A stretch of DNA of 64,000 nt from Macrostomum lignano (Eukaryota): the NCBI GenBank assembly GCA_002269645.1, contig NIVC01000307.1, positions 372,001 to 436,000 of the forward strand, read 5' to 3'. Below the pieces are notes generated by a model. It was not told the DNA's origin, made no database searches, and saw nothing but the letters and a program-made list of their open reading frames with translations. Below, in pieces: positions 35,162 to 47,524 of the stretch; within the stretch, counting starts at the first letter, position 1, and each line of letters begins with the position of its first letter. The position numbers were made by a program, and so were the translations under genes.

Positions 35162-35282
35162 TTCACAAACCCGAAACTTCACAAGCTCGAAATTTCAAAA
35201 CCTCGAAAAAAGCTTATGAAGTCGCCTGCTAAAATTTTCGAGGTTGTGAAATTTCGAGCTTATGAAGTTTCGGGTTTGTGAA
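35162..35282. repeat. Near-perfect inverted repeat: 48-bp arms, 2 mismatches, 25-bp loop
   Basis: TTCACAAACCCGAAACTTCACAAGCTCGAAATTTCAAAACCTCGAAAA versus reverse complement of 35235-35282; related motifs at 35290-35325 and 35875-35950. Confidence 0.9.
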
Positions 35283-36126
35283 AGGAAGTGCTTTTCGAGG
35301 TTGTGAAATTTCGAGCTTGTGAAGCGACCCCATTTTGGCCATAGACATACGAGTACAAAGTGACAGAAACAACCAAAACCTAAGGCAAAACACATGTACA
35401 CTGTAAGACTGTCCAATAAGCAGTACTGCAGATTCATAACGATTGTATTGTGCCAGATAGGCCAAGACGAGAAAGTGGCTTAAGGCGTAGACCGATATTT
35501 GATCGCTAAGGCACTCGGTATTGTGATACGCTCGTATTGTACAGCGAGAAAATGTACATGTACATCAACAGCTTGCGCACATGCAATCAACCAATCAATC
35601 ATCTTAAACATCCGTAGAAGACTTTGTAAGCCTCTTAAATTGCTAGCGCTAGAGCTTCATCTGATGACGCTTAGAATTTAGTTGGTCTTCATAGATGGTC
35701 TATACCAATTTTGAGTGCGCATTACCATACATTGTTGGGTATAAGGGAGTTAGTTCTTTATCTATTATAGGGAGAATCGACTGGGCAAGTCGTTGCTATG
35801 GCGACTGTCCAATAGATCACATGAGAAGAGGGGAGAGAGATTTTTTAGTATTTGAAAGTAAGTGCAAAAGTTTTAGCGGTTGTGAAGTTTCGCGTTTAAT
35901 AAAGTGACTGCAAAAAATTTAGCGGTTGCGAAATTTCGCGTTTGTGAGACCACCCAAGTCTGTCGTACAGTTCAGGAACTGCATTCCCATAACAGCTCTG
36001 TACATGCAGCTTGTAACCAATAGCAACGAAACCTATATGTACCTCTTCTCCGGAAAAAAATTGACAGACTGCGCTCCTGAAAGGGGCCTCAGCCGTTCTC
36101 GCAAGTTTCGACCTTCTTAGCTAAAA

Positions 36127-36702
36127 ATGTGTTGCATCCTACGAGAGCATCTCACTCTGCGGTCTGTGATCTGGTCAGCAGTTTTCTTGCATGACAATCG
36201 GCCTGGTGATGACTGACCAGAACTGCCCAGCTCCGTTCCAGCTGCACTCAGCCACCCAGCTGTGCCTGTTCATCGAGTCCAGCCACAGCTACAGCTGGTG
36301 CTCCGCCAACCGAAGGTGCGCTGAGCTGGGCGGAGAAGTATAATCAGCTCAATTGAGTCCATCGTAATTCCCTGCATGCTTGCCTCGAATCTGGTTAACA
36401 ACATCACGGTTGACATGTGGACTGGACTCGGCTGGCAGAGAGTCAATGGCGGCGGCGAGTTACATGTACCTATAGAAATGACTCGGTTTGGTGCTGTAAT
36501 GAGCCAAAACGACTGCTGTGAGCACACTGCGTTCGTTTTGTAAATAATCAGGGCCTCCACCTCGGCGACAGAGTCTGCAGCCATTTGATCGGCTTCGTAT
36601 GCCAGTTCGTCCTGCCGCCACCAAGTCGGCCGGCTACTGGACTCCAACGAGTTCAAGAGAACCCGCAACGACACGTACTACTGCCACGAGGAGCTGCAGC
36701 TG
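36127..36702 (+). pseudogene. Secreted C-type lectin domain gene, frameshifted
   Basis: Frame-hopping translation CPAPFQ...CLFI...SWCSANRRCAELGG...MWTGL...CVRF...GDRVCSHLIGFVCQF gives the CTLD cysteine pattern; hydrophobic N-terminus; at least 3 frameshifts. Confidence 0.68.
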
Positions 36703-37692
36703 GTCAGGAGCTGATCGAGTGGATCAAGCTGGTCAGGAGCTGATCGAGTGGATCAAGCTGGTCAGGTGCTGAGTGGGTCAAGCTGGTCAGGAGCTGAGTG
36801 GGTCAAGCTGTAGTCAGGAGCTGAGTGGATCAAGCTGGTCAAGAGCTGAGTGGATCAAGCTGATCAGGGCTGAGTGGGTCAAGCTGTAGTCAGGGCTGGG
36901 TGGGTCAAGCTGCAGTCAGGGCTGAGTGGGTCAAGCTGTAGTCAGGGCTGAGTGGGTCAAGCTGTAGTCAGGGCTGGGTGGGTCAAGCTGTAGTCAGGGC
37001 TGAGTGGGTCAAGCTGCAGTCAGGGCTGAGTGGGTCAAGCTGCAGTCAGGAGCTGAGTGGGTCAAGCTGTAGTCAGGGCTGAGTGGGTCAAGCTGCAGTC
37101 GGGAGCTGAGTGGGTCAAGCTGTAGTCAGGGCTGAGTGGGTCAAGCTGCAGTCAGGGCTGAGTGGGTCAAGCTGTAGTCAGGAGCTGAGTGGGTCAAGCT
37201 GTAGTCAGGGCTGAGTGGGTCAAGCTGCAGTCGGGAGCTGAGTGGGTCAAGCTGTAGTCAGGGCTGAGTGGGTCAAGCTGCAGTCAGGGCTGAGTGGGTC
37301 AAGCTGTAGTCAGGGCTGAGTGGGTCAAGCTGTAGTCAGGGCTGGGTGGGTCAAGCTGTAGTCAGGGCTGAGTGGGTCAAGCTGCAGTCAGGGCTGAGTG
37401 GGTCAAGCTGTAGTCAGGGCTGAGTGGGTCAAGCTGTAGTCAGGGCTGGGTGGGTCAAGCTGTAGTCAGGGCTGGGTGGGTCAAGCTGTAGTCAGGGCTG
37501 AGTGGGTCAAGCTGCAGTCAGGGCTGAGTGGGTCAAGCTGTAGTCAGGGCTGAGTGGGTCAAGCTGCAGTCAGGAGCTGAGTGGGTCAAGCTGTAGTCAG
37601 GGCTTAGTGGGTCAAGCTGCAGTCGGGAGCTGAGTGGGTCAAGCTGTAGTCAGGGCTGAGTGGGTCAAGCTGCAGTCAGGGCTGGATGGGTC
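36703..37692. repeat. 26-bp minisatellite GAGTGGGTCAAGCTGTAGTCAGGGCT, about 37 copies
   Basis: Direct reading. Confidence 0.95.
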
Positions 37693-37974
37693 GATCTTTT
37701 ACTTTTTATAGATATGGGATGTTAATGGCGACTAATCTGGAACAATAATAACTGCTTTAGAAAAAATAAGTTTCTTAAAAAATAAATTTTGAAAAAAACT
37801 TGAAATTTAACGATCTACAGCTAGTACGTGTTTATCCTTATGAAATTATTTTTGGATCAAGTGTAGACAAATAGCTTCATTTGCTGTTCTTAATTTTAAA
37901 AGATACCTTGTACATGTAATATTGCAAGAGAAACTACTGTCGCAGGTGTTTTACCTCCTACTTTATCAATTTTA

Positions 37975-38530
37975 ATCCCACCGCTGATACCAAGTTGTCG
38001 CAGGGCTGATTCTTCCTTCTTAATAATATCCCACTATTGCCACCAAGTTGTAACAGGCCTTCAATTTCCCTGCTATTGAATTTATACTGCTGATACTAAA
38101 TTCTGCCTTAATATTTCTAACTGTTTTCTTAGAATATTTTTCTGGGTAGCGTTCTCGTAGTATTTGGTCTGGTAGCGTATTATGTATTAGTCTGGTAGCG
38201 TCTTAGTATATGGCCTGAGCGGTCTTACTGGTATATGTACTTTCTCTCTCCAGTCTGGGCGTTACCGAGATTAGAGGGTCACAGCGATTACTCTTAGTAC
38301 TTCTCTTTGCATGAATCCCAAGTGCAACCTTCAACCTTCTTCACAATACTCTTAGAAATGAACAATGATCTGAGAAAGATTTATTGAACACGTTTTGAGC
38401 TTATAGCTAGCGAACGAGTTATCTCTTCTTCCTCTCAGCCTGCTCCTATTTATACTATTTGAACGTGTGTATTTTTAACAAATATCGAATATTGAGAATA
38501 TATAGAATATTTTGTAGAGTAAAACAAATT
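37975..38530 (-). mobile_element. LTR retrotransposon relic: LTR plus two tRNA-Leu-like primer binding sites; outer LTR boundary uncertain
   Basis: Minus strand: TATAAAT (38446-38455), AATAAA (38380-38385), ...GTTACA end at 38049, then TGGTGGCAATAGTGGGAT (38028-38045) and TGGTATCAGCGGTGGGAT (37975-37992), both close to the tRNA-Leu complement TGGTGGCAGCGGTGGGAT. Confidence 0.58.
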
Positions 38531-40813
38531 ATTAGCGCAGATTCAAACTGTTATATTCCTAGAAACTATTAACCACTTCGACACTACTATAATGCCACTA
38601 AAATAAACTTTAAAACAAAATCGAGTCCTCAATAAACTGCTTTATCTACCATATCCATCCTTAAATTTGATTAGCTCAAGGACCAAGATTCTCCAATATT
38701 AGTTTCTTCAATTTTTTTCCGCGCTAAAAATGAAGTTGACAGAAGATCGCAGCTTTGAACAGTTTCGCTTTTGCGGAATCTTTTGTGATGACTTTTTGAT
38801 GCTGAGTATACATAATCTGCACTGTTAAATCTGTTGGCCTGTTGAAACAGATTAAGTTTTCTACTATTGTTTTAATCTTAATATTCAAGTTTCAAAGTTT
38901 GCTGTTCCTTGACTGATTATAGGATTTACAGTAATATTTTGCAGAGCTGTTTTTGGTTGAAACAAATGAAACTAAATAGCGACAAAATGGTTCCAACAAG
39001 TCTAAACATTTTTTGTTGTTACTGTACGAGTAACAGTTCGGTTCTTCTCACGTAAATAAATACTTGGGATTCGAGCGATAACCAAAGAGTGACACATGGC
39101 TTCCAGTTCCCGTGCTCGCGGACGTAATAATACATAAGCGGCCAAGAAAATCATCCACAACCGTGGAAAATCGGTCAAATCGATCGCCTCAGTCGACAAG
39201 TTATACGCCTGATAGCGACACAGCCACTGAACCGAACCGAATCGACGCTAAGCGGGTCCGACTATGCCGAGGCTTGTGCGACGGCTGACATTTCGGCGCA
39301 ACGGCTTATGAATATCTGGTGGGAGTCGAATAACAAAATAGCTGAAAACGCATCCCACGTCCATCGCCGTAATCAAATGCACACGGCCATTCGAGGAACG
39401 CTGGCCAAACTGATGCACGCCCGGACGTTCTGAACGTCAGTCTAGAAACAATTGGTTGATCCGACCTAATCAAGTTTGTCGACGACGATCTGAAAGAAAT
39501 GACGATGCGTACAGTTTCTGCGCGACAAGATTGCAGGCGTTAAAGTATGCCAGTTGCGGAACATTTTAGCCGCAGTCAATTGACTTTATTAAAAACACAG
39601 TCAGTGCAATTCCTGCAATCAAAACCCTGCAATTTTAATTGTCTCAACCGCCTAGCCCGTGTGTTAGCAGACGCGCCCAACGATGTAGCTGGTACAGCAG
39701 TGTTGTCTTATGCTCTGTAGCACGAGCTGCTCTCTATACCATCAGAAGATCGGTATATTTAAGATTGATACTGCATTGCACCTGAATCCTGTTCATTCTG
39801 ATTGACTATAGCTCTACCAACTAAACGGGGACCAGCGGCAACAGGCTTACAGCTCGCACAACGCTGCTCTTGACCGCCGACGAGATGAAGACCATACAGG
39901 CCAGATTATGTCAGCTTATCCACATGATAGATCTGTATTCGGGCATGGTCGGAATTACCAATTGTCGGGCCCTGCATTGTCAGTCGTTGGTCTGGCTGTC
40001 AACGAGAGTCGACTGCAGCTCCGCTTGGGACGTGGCGATATTTCAGAATGCGCGCCACTCAGCCGAGAGCTAGCATTCTTTGGCACGGCTATTTTGCATA
40101 GTAATCGCGCCTCTTGCCATGGATCTATTAGGATATGCAAATTCCTAAAGCCTGCTCTAGTGGATCTCGGCGTCACAGTGTCCGACAATCAGTGCCTCCT
40201 ATTTCCGACAGCCCGCGGGTGTACCTCGTCCTACCGGTGACTACGAGTACTCTCGGCTTGTGAAAGAAGGAGCCGTGAGAGGCATCGGAAGATACCTATC
40301 GAGCATGAGACGACGGAAGCGCAATCAATTGTGAGAGTATGCACGACTTCACCCTGACAAGATTAATCAGGTGACGCCGGTGTATGACACGTTGAAACAG
40401 GTTGTCACGATCGATATTACGCCGCTACTGCCACTGATGCTGAGAGAAATTTCGCGTTGTGAAAGTAACCTCGTGCAGCCACTCTTTTAACTGACCTCTT
40501 CGTCATCCTGAAGGACGTACATGTAGTGGTCTGGGCCACCATAAATATGTGTCAGTCATTTGACGCAGCAAAGTGACTTGATGAACAAATACTTTAATCT
40601 GTAGTCCTTGAATAATGCAGTTTCAGAAATGTACGGTACTCCTCGTATATTTAAAATCATTTGATGTTCTTTTGTCTATGGTGAAAATTTGCTAAAAAGT
40701 ATAAATAAATCTATTACAACTTTAAAACCACACTCAGCAACATTGAAAAGTTTCCACCTTCGCGCCAGCCGTGTATATTTAGAGTTTCAAAACTGGTTTT
40801 TGTCGCCAGACTT

Positions 40814-41079
40814 GTGCCATAGACGACTGATGATTTCGTCAACACGCACTTGGGCCATAGACGATTGATGATTTCGTCAACACGCACTTGGGCCATAGAC
40901 GATTGATGATTTCGTCAACACGCACTTGGGCCATAGACGATTGATGATTTCGTCAACACGCACTTGGGCCATAGACGATTGATGATTTCGTCAACACGCA
41001 CTTGGGCCATAGACGATTGATGATTTCGTCAACACGCACTTGGGCCATAGACGATTGATGATTTCGTCAACACGCACTT
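40814..41079. repeat. 38-bp tandem repeat GACGATTGATGATTTCGTCAACACGCACTTGGGCCATA, about 7 copies, nearly identical
   Basis: Direct reading; no spacers. Confidence 0.95.
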
Positions 41080-41186
41080 TATTGATTTATTGTACTACTT
41101 AATTTATGCGTCATCAGTAGCCCGTGATTATAAACTAAATCAAGTCAACAAAAAAATTATGCACACTATGTTAATACTTGCTAGAT

Positions 41187-41398
41187 TTTAACAAAAAAGT
41201 AATTTCATTTATTTTAACAAAAAAGTAATTTCATTTATTTTAACAAAAAAGTAATTTCATTTATTTTAACAAAAAAGTAATTTCATTTATTTTAACAAAA
41301 AAGTAATTTCATTTATTTTAACAAAAAAAGTAATTTCATTTATTATAACAAAAAAGTAATTTCATTTATTTTAACAAAAAAGTAACTTCATTTATTTT
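41187..41398. repeat. 26-bp AT-rich tandem repeat AACAAAAAAGTAATTTCATTTATTTT, about 8 copies
   Basis: Direct reading. Confidence 0.93.
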
Positions 41399-41930
41399 AG
41401 AGTTCGTTTTGTTTAAAGCAACGGAATTCGAGTTGAAAAAGAATACGTACTCAATCAATTCAGTTTGTTTTCCGCATACAGTTGAGAACAACAATTAGTT
41501 CTATTCTACATTTGAAACACAGTAGTCGGTAAATGCTCATTGTAGTTTTTTGTTATAAATAATCAGTTAAGGTTTATACTATACGAGCTATGCGTAATTT
41601 TTTTGAAAAGTACACTTATTTACGTTTCAAAAAAGATTTGCGGAATATTTACTTTAAAAATAATATCAGTTATCAGGTATCAATGATCATATACAATTGT
41701 ACAATTCAATTAGCACATTAAGGCATGATGCTCTTGCGGCGGGGGCTGAAATTCGAAATGCGATTAGGCTAGCTGTAATTTTTTTAGACCTTTAGGCATT
41801 GTGGAATGCAGTTTTTCTAGATAAAAATGTGCTTTAAAATGTCCCTAACTAGTAGTATATGTAGCTTGGTTAAAATTTCCAATGAGTTTTTAATACAGGT
41901 AATTAGATGGATACCGTAAACAGATGATAG

Positions 41931-42315
<385 letters not shown>

Positions 42316-42557
42316 TCAGAGGTGCAAAAATTCAAGCCAGCTAAAAGTCTACCATGAGCTGTTTTTCTAACAGAAACAGACATTTTCTTACCGGTTATTT
42401 TTGCCGACTGCCTCTCGAAGTTAAAGCCGACTTTAGCGCTGAAATGTTTTTTGACAATCATAATTAATCATTTGGTTTTCAGCTCAAAATTTACTAGTTC
42501 TATTCCCCACTGAGAAGCCATAGCAACTAATAACTAAATTTTTCTAAGAAATCGTCT

Positions 42558-42730
42558 TCACTCGCACCACTCCTTCAACCAATCAAATCGAATTCTCACC
42601 TTTCTTTTCGCTCCGCCTCCAGTTTTCCTCTTTTTCGGATCGATGGCGGTCATCTTGGGAAATTTGGTCTTGATGAAATCCGCGACCTTCGGAGCGCCCC
42701 AGTTCTGAGCCACTTCGTGAATCATTTGGC
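42558..42730 (-). CDS. ANKEF1: ANKEF1 exon 8 (last identified; internal AAG|GTGAGA at 42600 may be a donor to a further exon)
   Basis: TTTCACAG acceptor, phase 1; GQMIHEVAQNWGAPKVADFIK, like human [21 protein letters not shown]. Confidence 0.75.
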
Positions 42731-42879
42731 CTGTGAAAAAATGCATAACGAAGAAAATTGGGATCAAAGTATTATAAAACTAATTTCTCTTTATCTGAAT
42801 CTCCGTCAACGCCAAATTATACAATTCGATGTATGTGACGCAACTTGGAAGCCTCGGGCATAACTTGAAAGCTTCTGAC

Positions 42880-43520
42880 ACAACTTGAAAGCCTTTGAAC
42901 AACTTGAAGCTTCTGACACAAATTGGAAGCTTCTGACACAACCTCCAAGCTTCTGACACAAATTGGAAGCTTCTGACACAACCTCCAAGCTTCTGACACA
43001 AATTGGAAGCTTCTGACACAACTTGACAGCTTCTGACACAACTTGACAGCTTCTGACACAACTTGACAGCTTCTGACACAAATTGGAAGCTTCTGACACA
43101 ACTTGACAGCTTCTGACACAACTTGACAGCTTCTGACACAACTTGACAGCTTCTGACACAGATTGGAAGCTTCTGACACAACCTCCAAGCTTCTGACTCA
43201 ACTTGGATTTTTATGATACAACTTAAAAGTTTCTGACACAACTTAAAAGTTTCTGACACAACTTAAAAGTTTCTGACACAACTTGAAAGCTTCTGACACA
43301 ACTTGGAAGCTTCTGACACAACTTGGATGCTGCTGAAACAACTTGGAAGCTTCTGATACAACTTGAAAGCTTCTGACACAACTTAAAAGCTTCTGACACA
43401 ACTTTAAAGCTTCTGACACAACTTTAAAGCTTCTGACACAACTTGAAGCCTCGGACACAACTTGAAAGCTTCTGACACAACTTGGATTCTTAGGATAAAA
43501 CTTAAAAGTTTCTGACGCAA
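42880..43520. repeat. 20-bp minisatellite TTCTGACACAACTTGGAAGC in ANKEF1 intron 7
   Basis: Direct reading. Confidence 0.93.
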
Positions 43521-43563
43521 CTAACGCTTCTGACGCCTCTAAATTCTGACACAAAAAACTCAC

Positions 43564-43790
43564 CCATCTTATTCTCAACCGAAGCCTTGGCTCCGTACTT
43601 CAGCAGCAGGTCGACCAGCTGCAGATTAGCAGTTTCAATCGCTCTCAGCAGCGGTGTGGAGCCGTTCAACGCCACAGCCTCGGTTGGGGCGCCGCTCTTC
43701 AGCAGCAACTCCGCCATCTCCAGGTGGCCGGCGTGGCAGGCGTGGTGTAGCGGCGTCCATTTGAAGTTGTCGCGGGCGGCGACGTCTGCT
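43564..43790 (-). CDS. ANKEF1: ANKEF1 exon 7
   Basis: ADVAARDNFKWTPLHHACHAGHLEMAELLL...NGSTPLLRAIE...ENKM; phases 2/1 fit neighbouring exons. Confidence 0.92.
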
Positions 43791-43959
43791 CTGTTGGGGT
43801 ATTTATGAGGTGGCTTGAAGGAAGGTAAGATGGGATGCAGAAGTTCCACAAGGGATTTCTGTCTTGTCAAGGGCGTAGCCAGGATTGTTTTATTGAATTA
43901 TCTTAGCTTTAGAATTCACTATACTATAAACTCTAGGCTCAATGTATAGATTCTAATAA

Positions 43960-44590
43960 AGGATCATTTTAGTAGACTCTAAGAGGATCAATCTATAGAC
44001 TCTAGTAGATCAACCTATAGACTCTAGAGGATCAATCTATAGACTCTAGAGGATCAATCTATAGACTCTAGAGGATCAATCTATAGACTCTAAGAGGATC
44101 AGTTTATATATTCGAGAGGATCAATCTATAGACTCTAGTGGACCAATCTATAGACTCTAGTAGATCAACCTATAGACTCTAGAGGATCAATCTATAGACT
44201 CTAGAGGATCAATCTATAGACTCTAGAGGATCAATCTATAGACTCTAAGAGGATCAGTTTATATATTCGAGAGGATCAATCTATAGACTCTAGTGGACCA
44301 ATCTATAGACTCTAGTAGATCAACCTATAGACTCTAGAGGATCAATCTATAGACTCTAGAGGATCAATCTATAGACTCTAGAGGATCAATCTATAGACTC
44401 TAGAGGATCAATCTATAGACTCTAAGAGGATCAGTTTATATATTCGAGAGGATCAATCTATAGACTCTAGTGGACCAATCTATAGACTCTAGTAGATCAA
44501 CCTATAGACTCTAGAGGATCAATCTATAGACTCTAGAGGATCAATCCATAGACTCTAGAGGATCAATCTATAGACTCTAGAGAATCATTC
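43960..44590. repeat. 22-bp palindrome-rich minisatellite CTCTAGAGGATCAATCTATAGA with 155/177-bp higher-order blocks, ANKEF1 intron 6
   Basis: Variant AGTTTATATATTCGAG recurs at 44101, 44256 and 44433. Confidence 0.93.
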
Positions 44591-44630
44591 CTAAAAGATC
44601 CCTAGACAAGGATTGCAACAAAGAACTCAC

Positions 44631-45016
44631 CCAGCCTCCAGCAGAAACTTGGCCACATCAATATTCCCATAGTGAGCAGCCACCATCAGGGGCGTCTTGC
44701 TCAACTTGTCAGCCACCTCCGTGCCGTAGCCTTTGCGCAAGGCCAGCCGTATCGATTCCACATCGCCATGTTTGGCGCAGTCGTTTAAATTGACGAAACT
44801 TTTGGCTAATCGAGTTGAATACCAGACAGAGTCGTCTTGCAGTTTTCTGCTCGCCTGCGGTCTCGACAGCTCAGCCTGCTTCTCCAGCTGGTAGAGCTCC
44901 GGCATTCGCTGCAGTTGCTGCTCTTCAAAGCGCTGCTGATGCTGCTGGGTGTCCGTCAGGCTGACCGCACGGGGCACGTACATCACTGGTGGGGCGCCGT
45001 ACGCGGGTCTCATCAC
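44631..45016 (-). CDS. ANKEF1: ANKEF1 exon 6
   Basis: GAPP...LQDDSVWY...FVNLNDCAKHGD...DKLSKTPLMVAAHYGNIDVAKFLLEAG, like human IQDDSVWY...[23 protein letters not shown]; donor GG|GTGAGT. Confidence 0.92.
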
Positions 45017-45084
45017 CTGACGTGTAGTTTGATACAAAGATTGATTTTGACTTGGCTAGCACCTTTTTACTTGAATTTTGGCCC

Positions 45085-46835
45085 CTGTACAGCTTTGATT
45101 TTGGCGTCTGTCTAGCTTTGACTTTGGTGCCTGTACAGCTTTGATTTTGGCGTCTGTCTAGCTTTGATTTTAGCGCCTGTCTAGCTTTAATTTTAGCGCC
45201 TGCCTAGCTTTGGTTTTAGCGCCTGTCTAGCATTGGTTTTAGCACCTGTCTAGCTTTGGTTTTGGCGTCTGTCTAGCTTTGATTTTGGCGCCTGTACAGC
45301 TTTGGTTTTGGCGTCTGTCTAGCTTTGATTTTGGCGCCTGTACAGCTTTGGTTTTGGCGTCTGTCTAGCTTTGATTTTGGCGCCTGTACAGCTTTGGTTT
45401 TGGCGTCTGTCTAGCTTTGATTTTGGCGCCTGTACAGCTTTGGTTTTGGCGTCTGTCTAGCTTTGATTTTGGCGCCTGTACAGCTTTGATTTTGGCGCCT
45501 GTACAGCTTTGGTTTTGGCGTCTGTCTAGCTTTGATTTTGGCGCCTGTACAGCTTTGGTTTTGGCGTCTGTCTAGCTTTGATTTTGGCGCCTGTACAGCT
45601 TTGGTTTTGGCGTCTGTCTAGCTTTGATTTTGGCGCCTGTACAGCTTTGGTTTTGGCGTCTGTCTAGCTTTGATTTTGGCGCCTGTACAGCTTTGGTTTT
45701 GGCGCCTGTCTAGCATTGATTTTGGCGCCTGTCTAGCTTTGATTTTGGCGCCTGTCTAGCTTTGATTTTGGCGCCTGTCTAGCTTTGATTTTGTCGCCTG
45801 TCTAGCTTTGATTTTGTCGCCTGTCTAGCTTTGACTTTGGCACCTGTCTAGCTTTGACTTTAGCGCCTGTCTAACTTTGATTTTAGCGCCTGTCTAGCAT
45901 TGGTTTTAGCGCCTGTCTAGCATTGGTTTTAGCGCCTGTCTAGCTTTGGTTTTAGCGCCTGTCTAGCATTGGTTTTAGCGCCTGTCTAGCTTTGGTTTTG
46001 GCGTCTGTCTAACTTTGATTTTAGCGCCTGTCTAGCTTTGGTTTTAGCGCCTGTCTAGCTTTGGTTTTAGCGCCTGTCTAGCATTGATTTTGGCGCCTGT
46101 CTAGCTTTGATTTTGGCGCCTGTCTAGCTTTGATTTTGGCGCCTGTCTAGCTTTGATTTTGGCGCCTGTCTAGCTTTGATTTTGGCGCCTGTCTAGCTTT
46201 GATTTTGGCGCCTGTCTAGCTTTGATTTTGGCGCCTGTCTAGCTTTGACTTTGGCACCTGTCTAGCTTTGACTTTAGCGCCTGTCTAGCTTTGGTTTTAG
46301 CGCCTGTCTAGCTTTGGTTTTGGCGCCTGTACAGCTTTGGTTTTGGCGTCTGTCTAGCTTTGATTTTAGCGCCTGTCTAGCATTGGTTTTAGCGCCTGTC
46401 TAGCTTTGGTTTTGGCGTCTGTCTAACTTTGATTTTAGCGCCTGTCTAGCTTTGGTTTTAGCGCCTGTCTAGCTTTGGTTTTAGCGCCTGTCTAGCATTG
46501 ATTTTGGCGCCTGTCTAGCTTTGATTTTGGCGCCTGTCTAGCTTTGATTTTGGCGCCTGTCTAGCTTTGATTTTGGCGCCTGTCTAGCTTTGATTTTGGC
46601 GCCTGTCTAGCTTTGATTTTGGCGCCTGTCTAGCTTTGATTTTGGCGCCTGTCTAGCTTTGACTTTGGCACCTGTCTAGCTTTGACTTTAGCGCCTGTCT
46701 AGCTTTGGTTTTAGCGCCTGTCTAGCTTTGGTTTCAGCGCCTGTCTAGCATTGATTTTGGCGCCTGTCTAGCTTTGATTTTATCGCCTGTCTAGCTTTGA
46801 TTTTGGCGCCTGTATAGCTTTAACTTTAGCGTCTG
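45085..46835. repeat. 23-bp minisatellite GCTTTGATTTTGGCGCCTGTCTA, about 75 copies, ANKEF1 intron 5
   Basis: Direct reading; the pattern of variants repeats in blocks. Confidence 0.97.
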
Positions 46836-46893
46836 TCTAGCTTCTCAAGATTATCCAAGGTCCATAAACGGCGCCAAGCTTCGCTCAACTCAC

Positions 46894-47379
46894 CTGCTCG
46901 TCCGGAAGCACGCAGATCTCGAACGGATATTTCGCTTTCTTCTTTCGCCGACCGCCGCCTTTGCCTTTCTTGGCTCGCTTCTTTTTCGGCTCGAAAGCCG
47001 CAGCCAAGTAGAGCTTGCCAATGTACTTTTTGCCCAACAGGAAGTCTTTGTAATCGAACGAGCCGTTCTTGGTTTTGTCGTACAACGGTCCGAGTTTTTT
47101 GTCGCAATCCGGAGTCCAAGGAGCGCCCATGATGCCAAGCACTTGGACGAAATCTTCGCGAGCCACCTGCCCAGTGGACTCGGGATCGAATTCGGTTACT
47201 AAGCGAGTTTTCAGCTCCTCGCCTCGCGCCAGAGTCCAGTCGTAGAGGGTCAGAGCCCACAGCTCGTTGTTTTTAGCGCGCGGTTTGCCGCTCATCCGTT
47301 CGGCACGGCGAACCTCCTTCGTGCACGCTTTGGAGACCTTCGTGGGGCGTGGGGCGTGTGATCGAGTTTGGCTGTGCAC
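46894..47379 (-). CDS. ANKEF1: ANKEF1 exon 5 (EF-hand region); in-frame alternative start at 47337 possible
   Basis: KEVRRAERM...LWALTLYDW...FDPESTGQVAREDFV...YIGKLYLAAAFEPKKK...FEICVLPDEQ; TTACAG acceptor, CAG|GTGAGT donor. Confidence 0.92.
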
Positions 47380-47524
47380 CTGTAAGAGTGCTTTTGGCTG
47401 CTTATTGCTGTGGGAGAGTGGAGTGAGCGCACTATGCTTTGTGTTGAGATTATTCGTCTTGAAGTTTGCCTTCAAGGTGTGTGTTGAGCTGTCTCGAAGG
47501 ACTATATCTCGAAGGGCTGTATAT

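Noticed and set aside
36270-36674. 134-aa minus-strand ORF
   Set aside because: It is antisense to the C-type lectin relic, which explains the sequence better
39820-40490. Caspase-like reading (GHG, TARG, terminal TL)
   Set aside because: Motif spacing does not fit caspases and there is no QACRG cysteine; similarity is too weak to call
40814-41079. 38-bp direct repeats with a small internal stem (GACGA/TCGTC), CRISPR-like in size
   Set aside because: Repeats are contiguous with no spacers, no cas genes are present, and the context is eukaryotic
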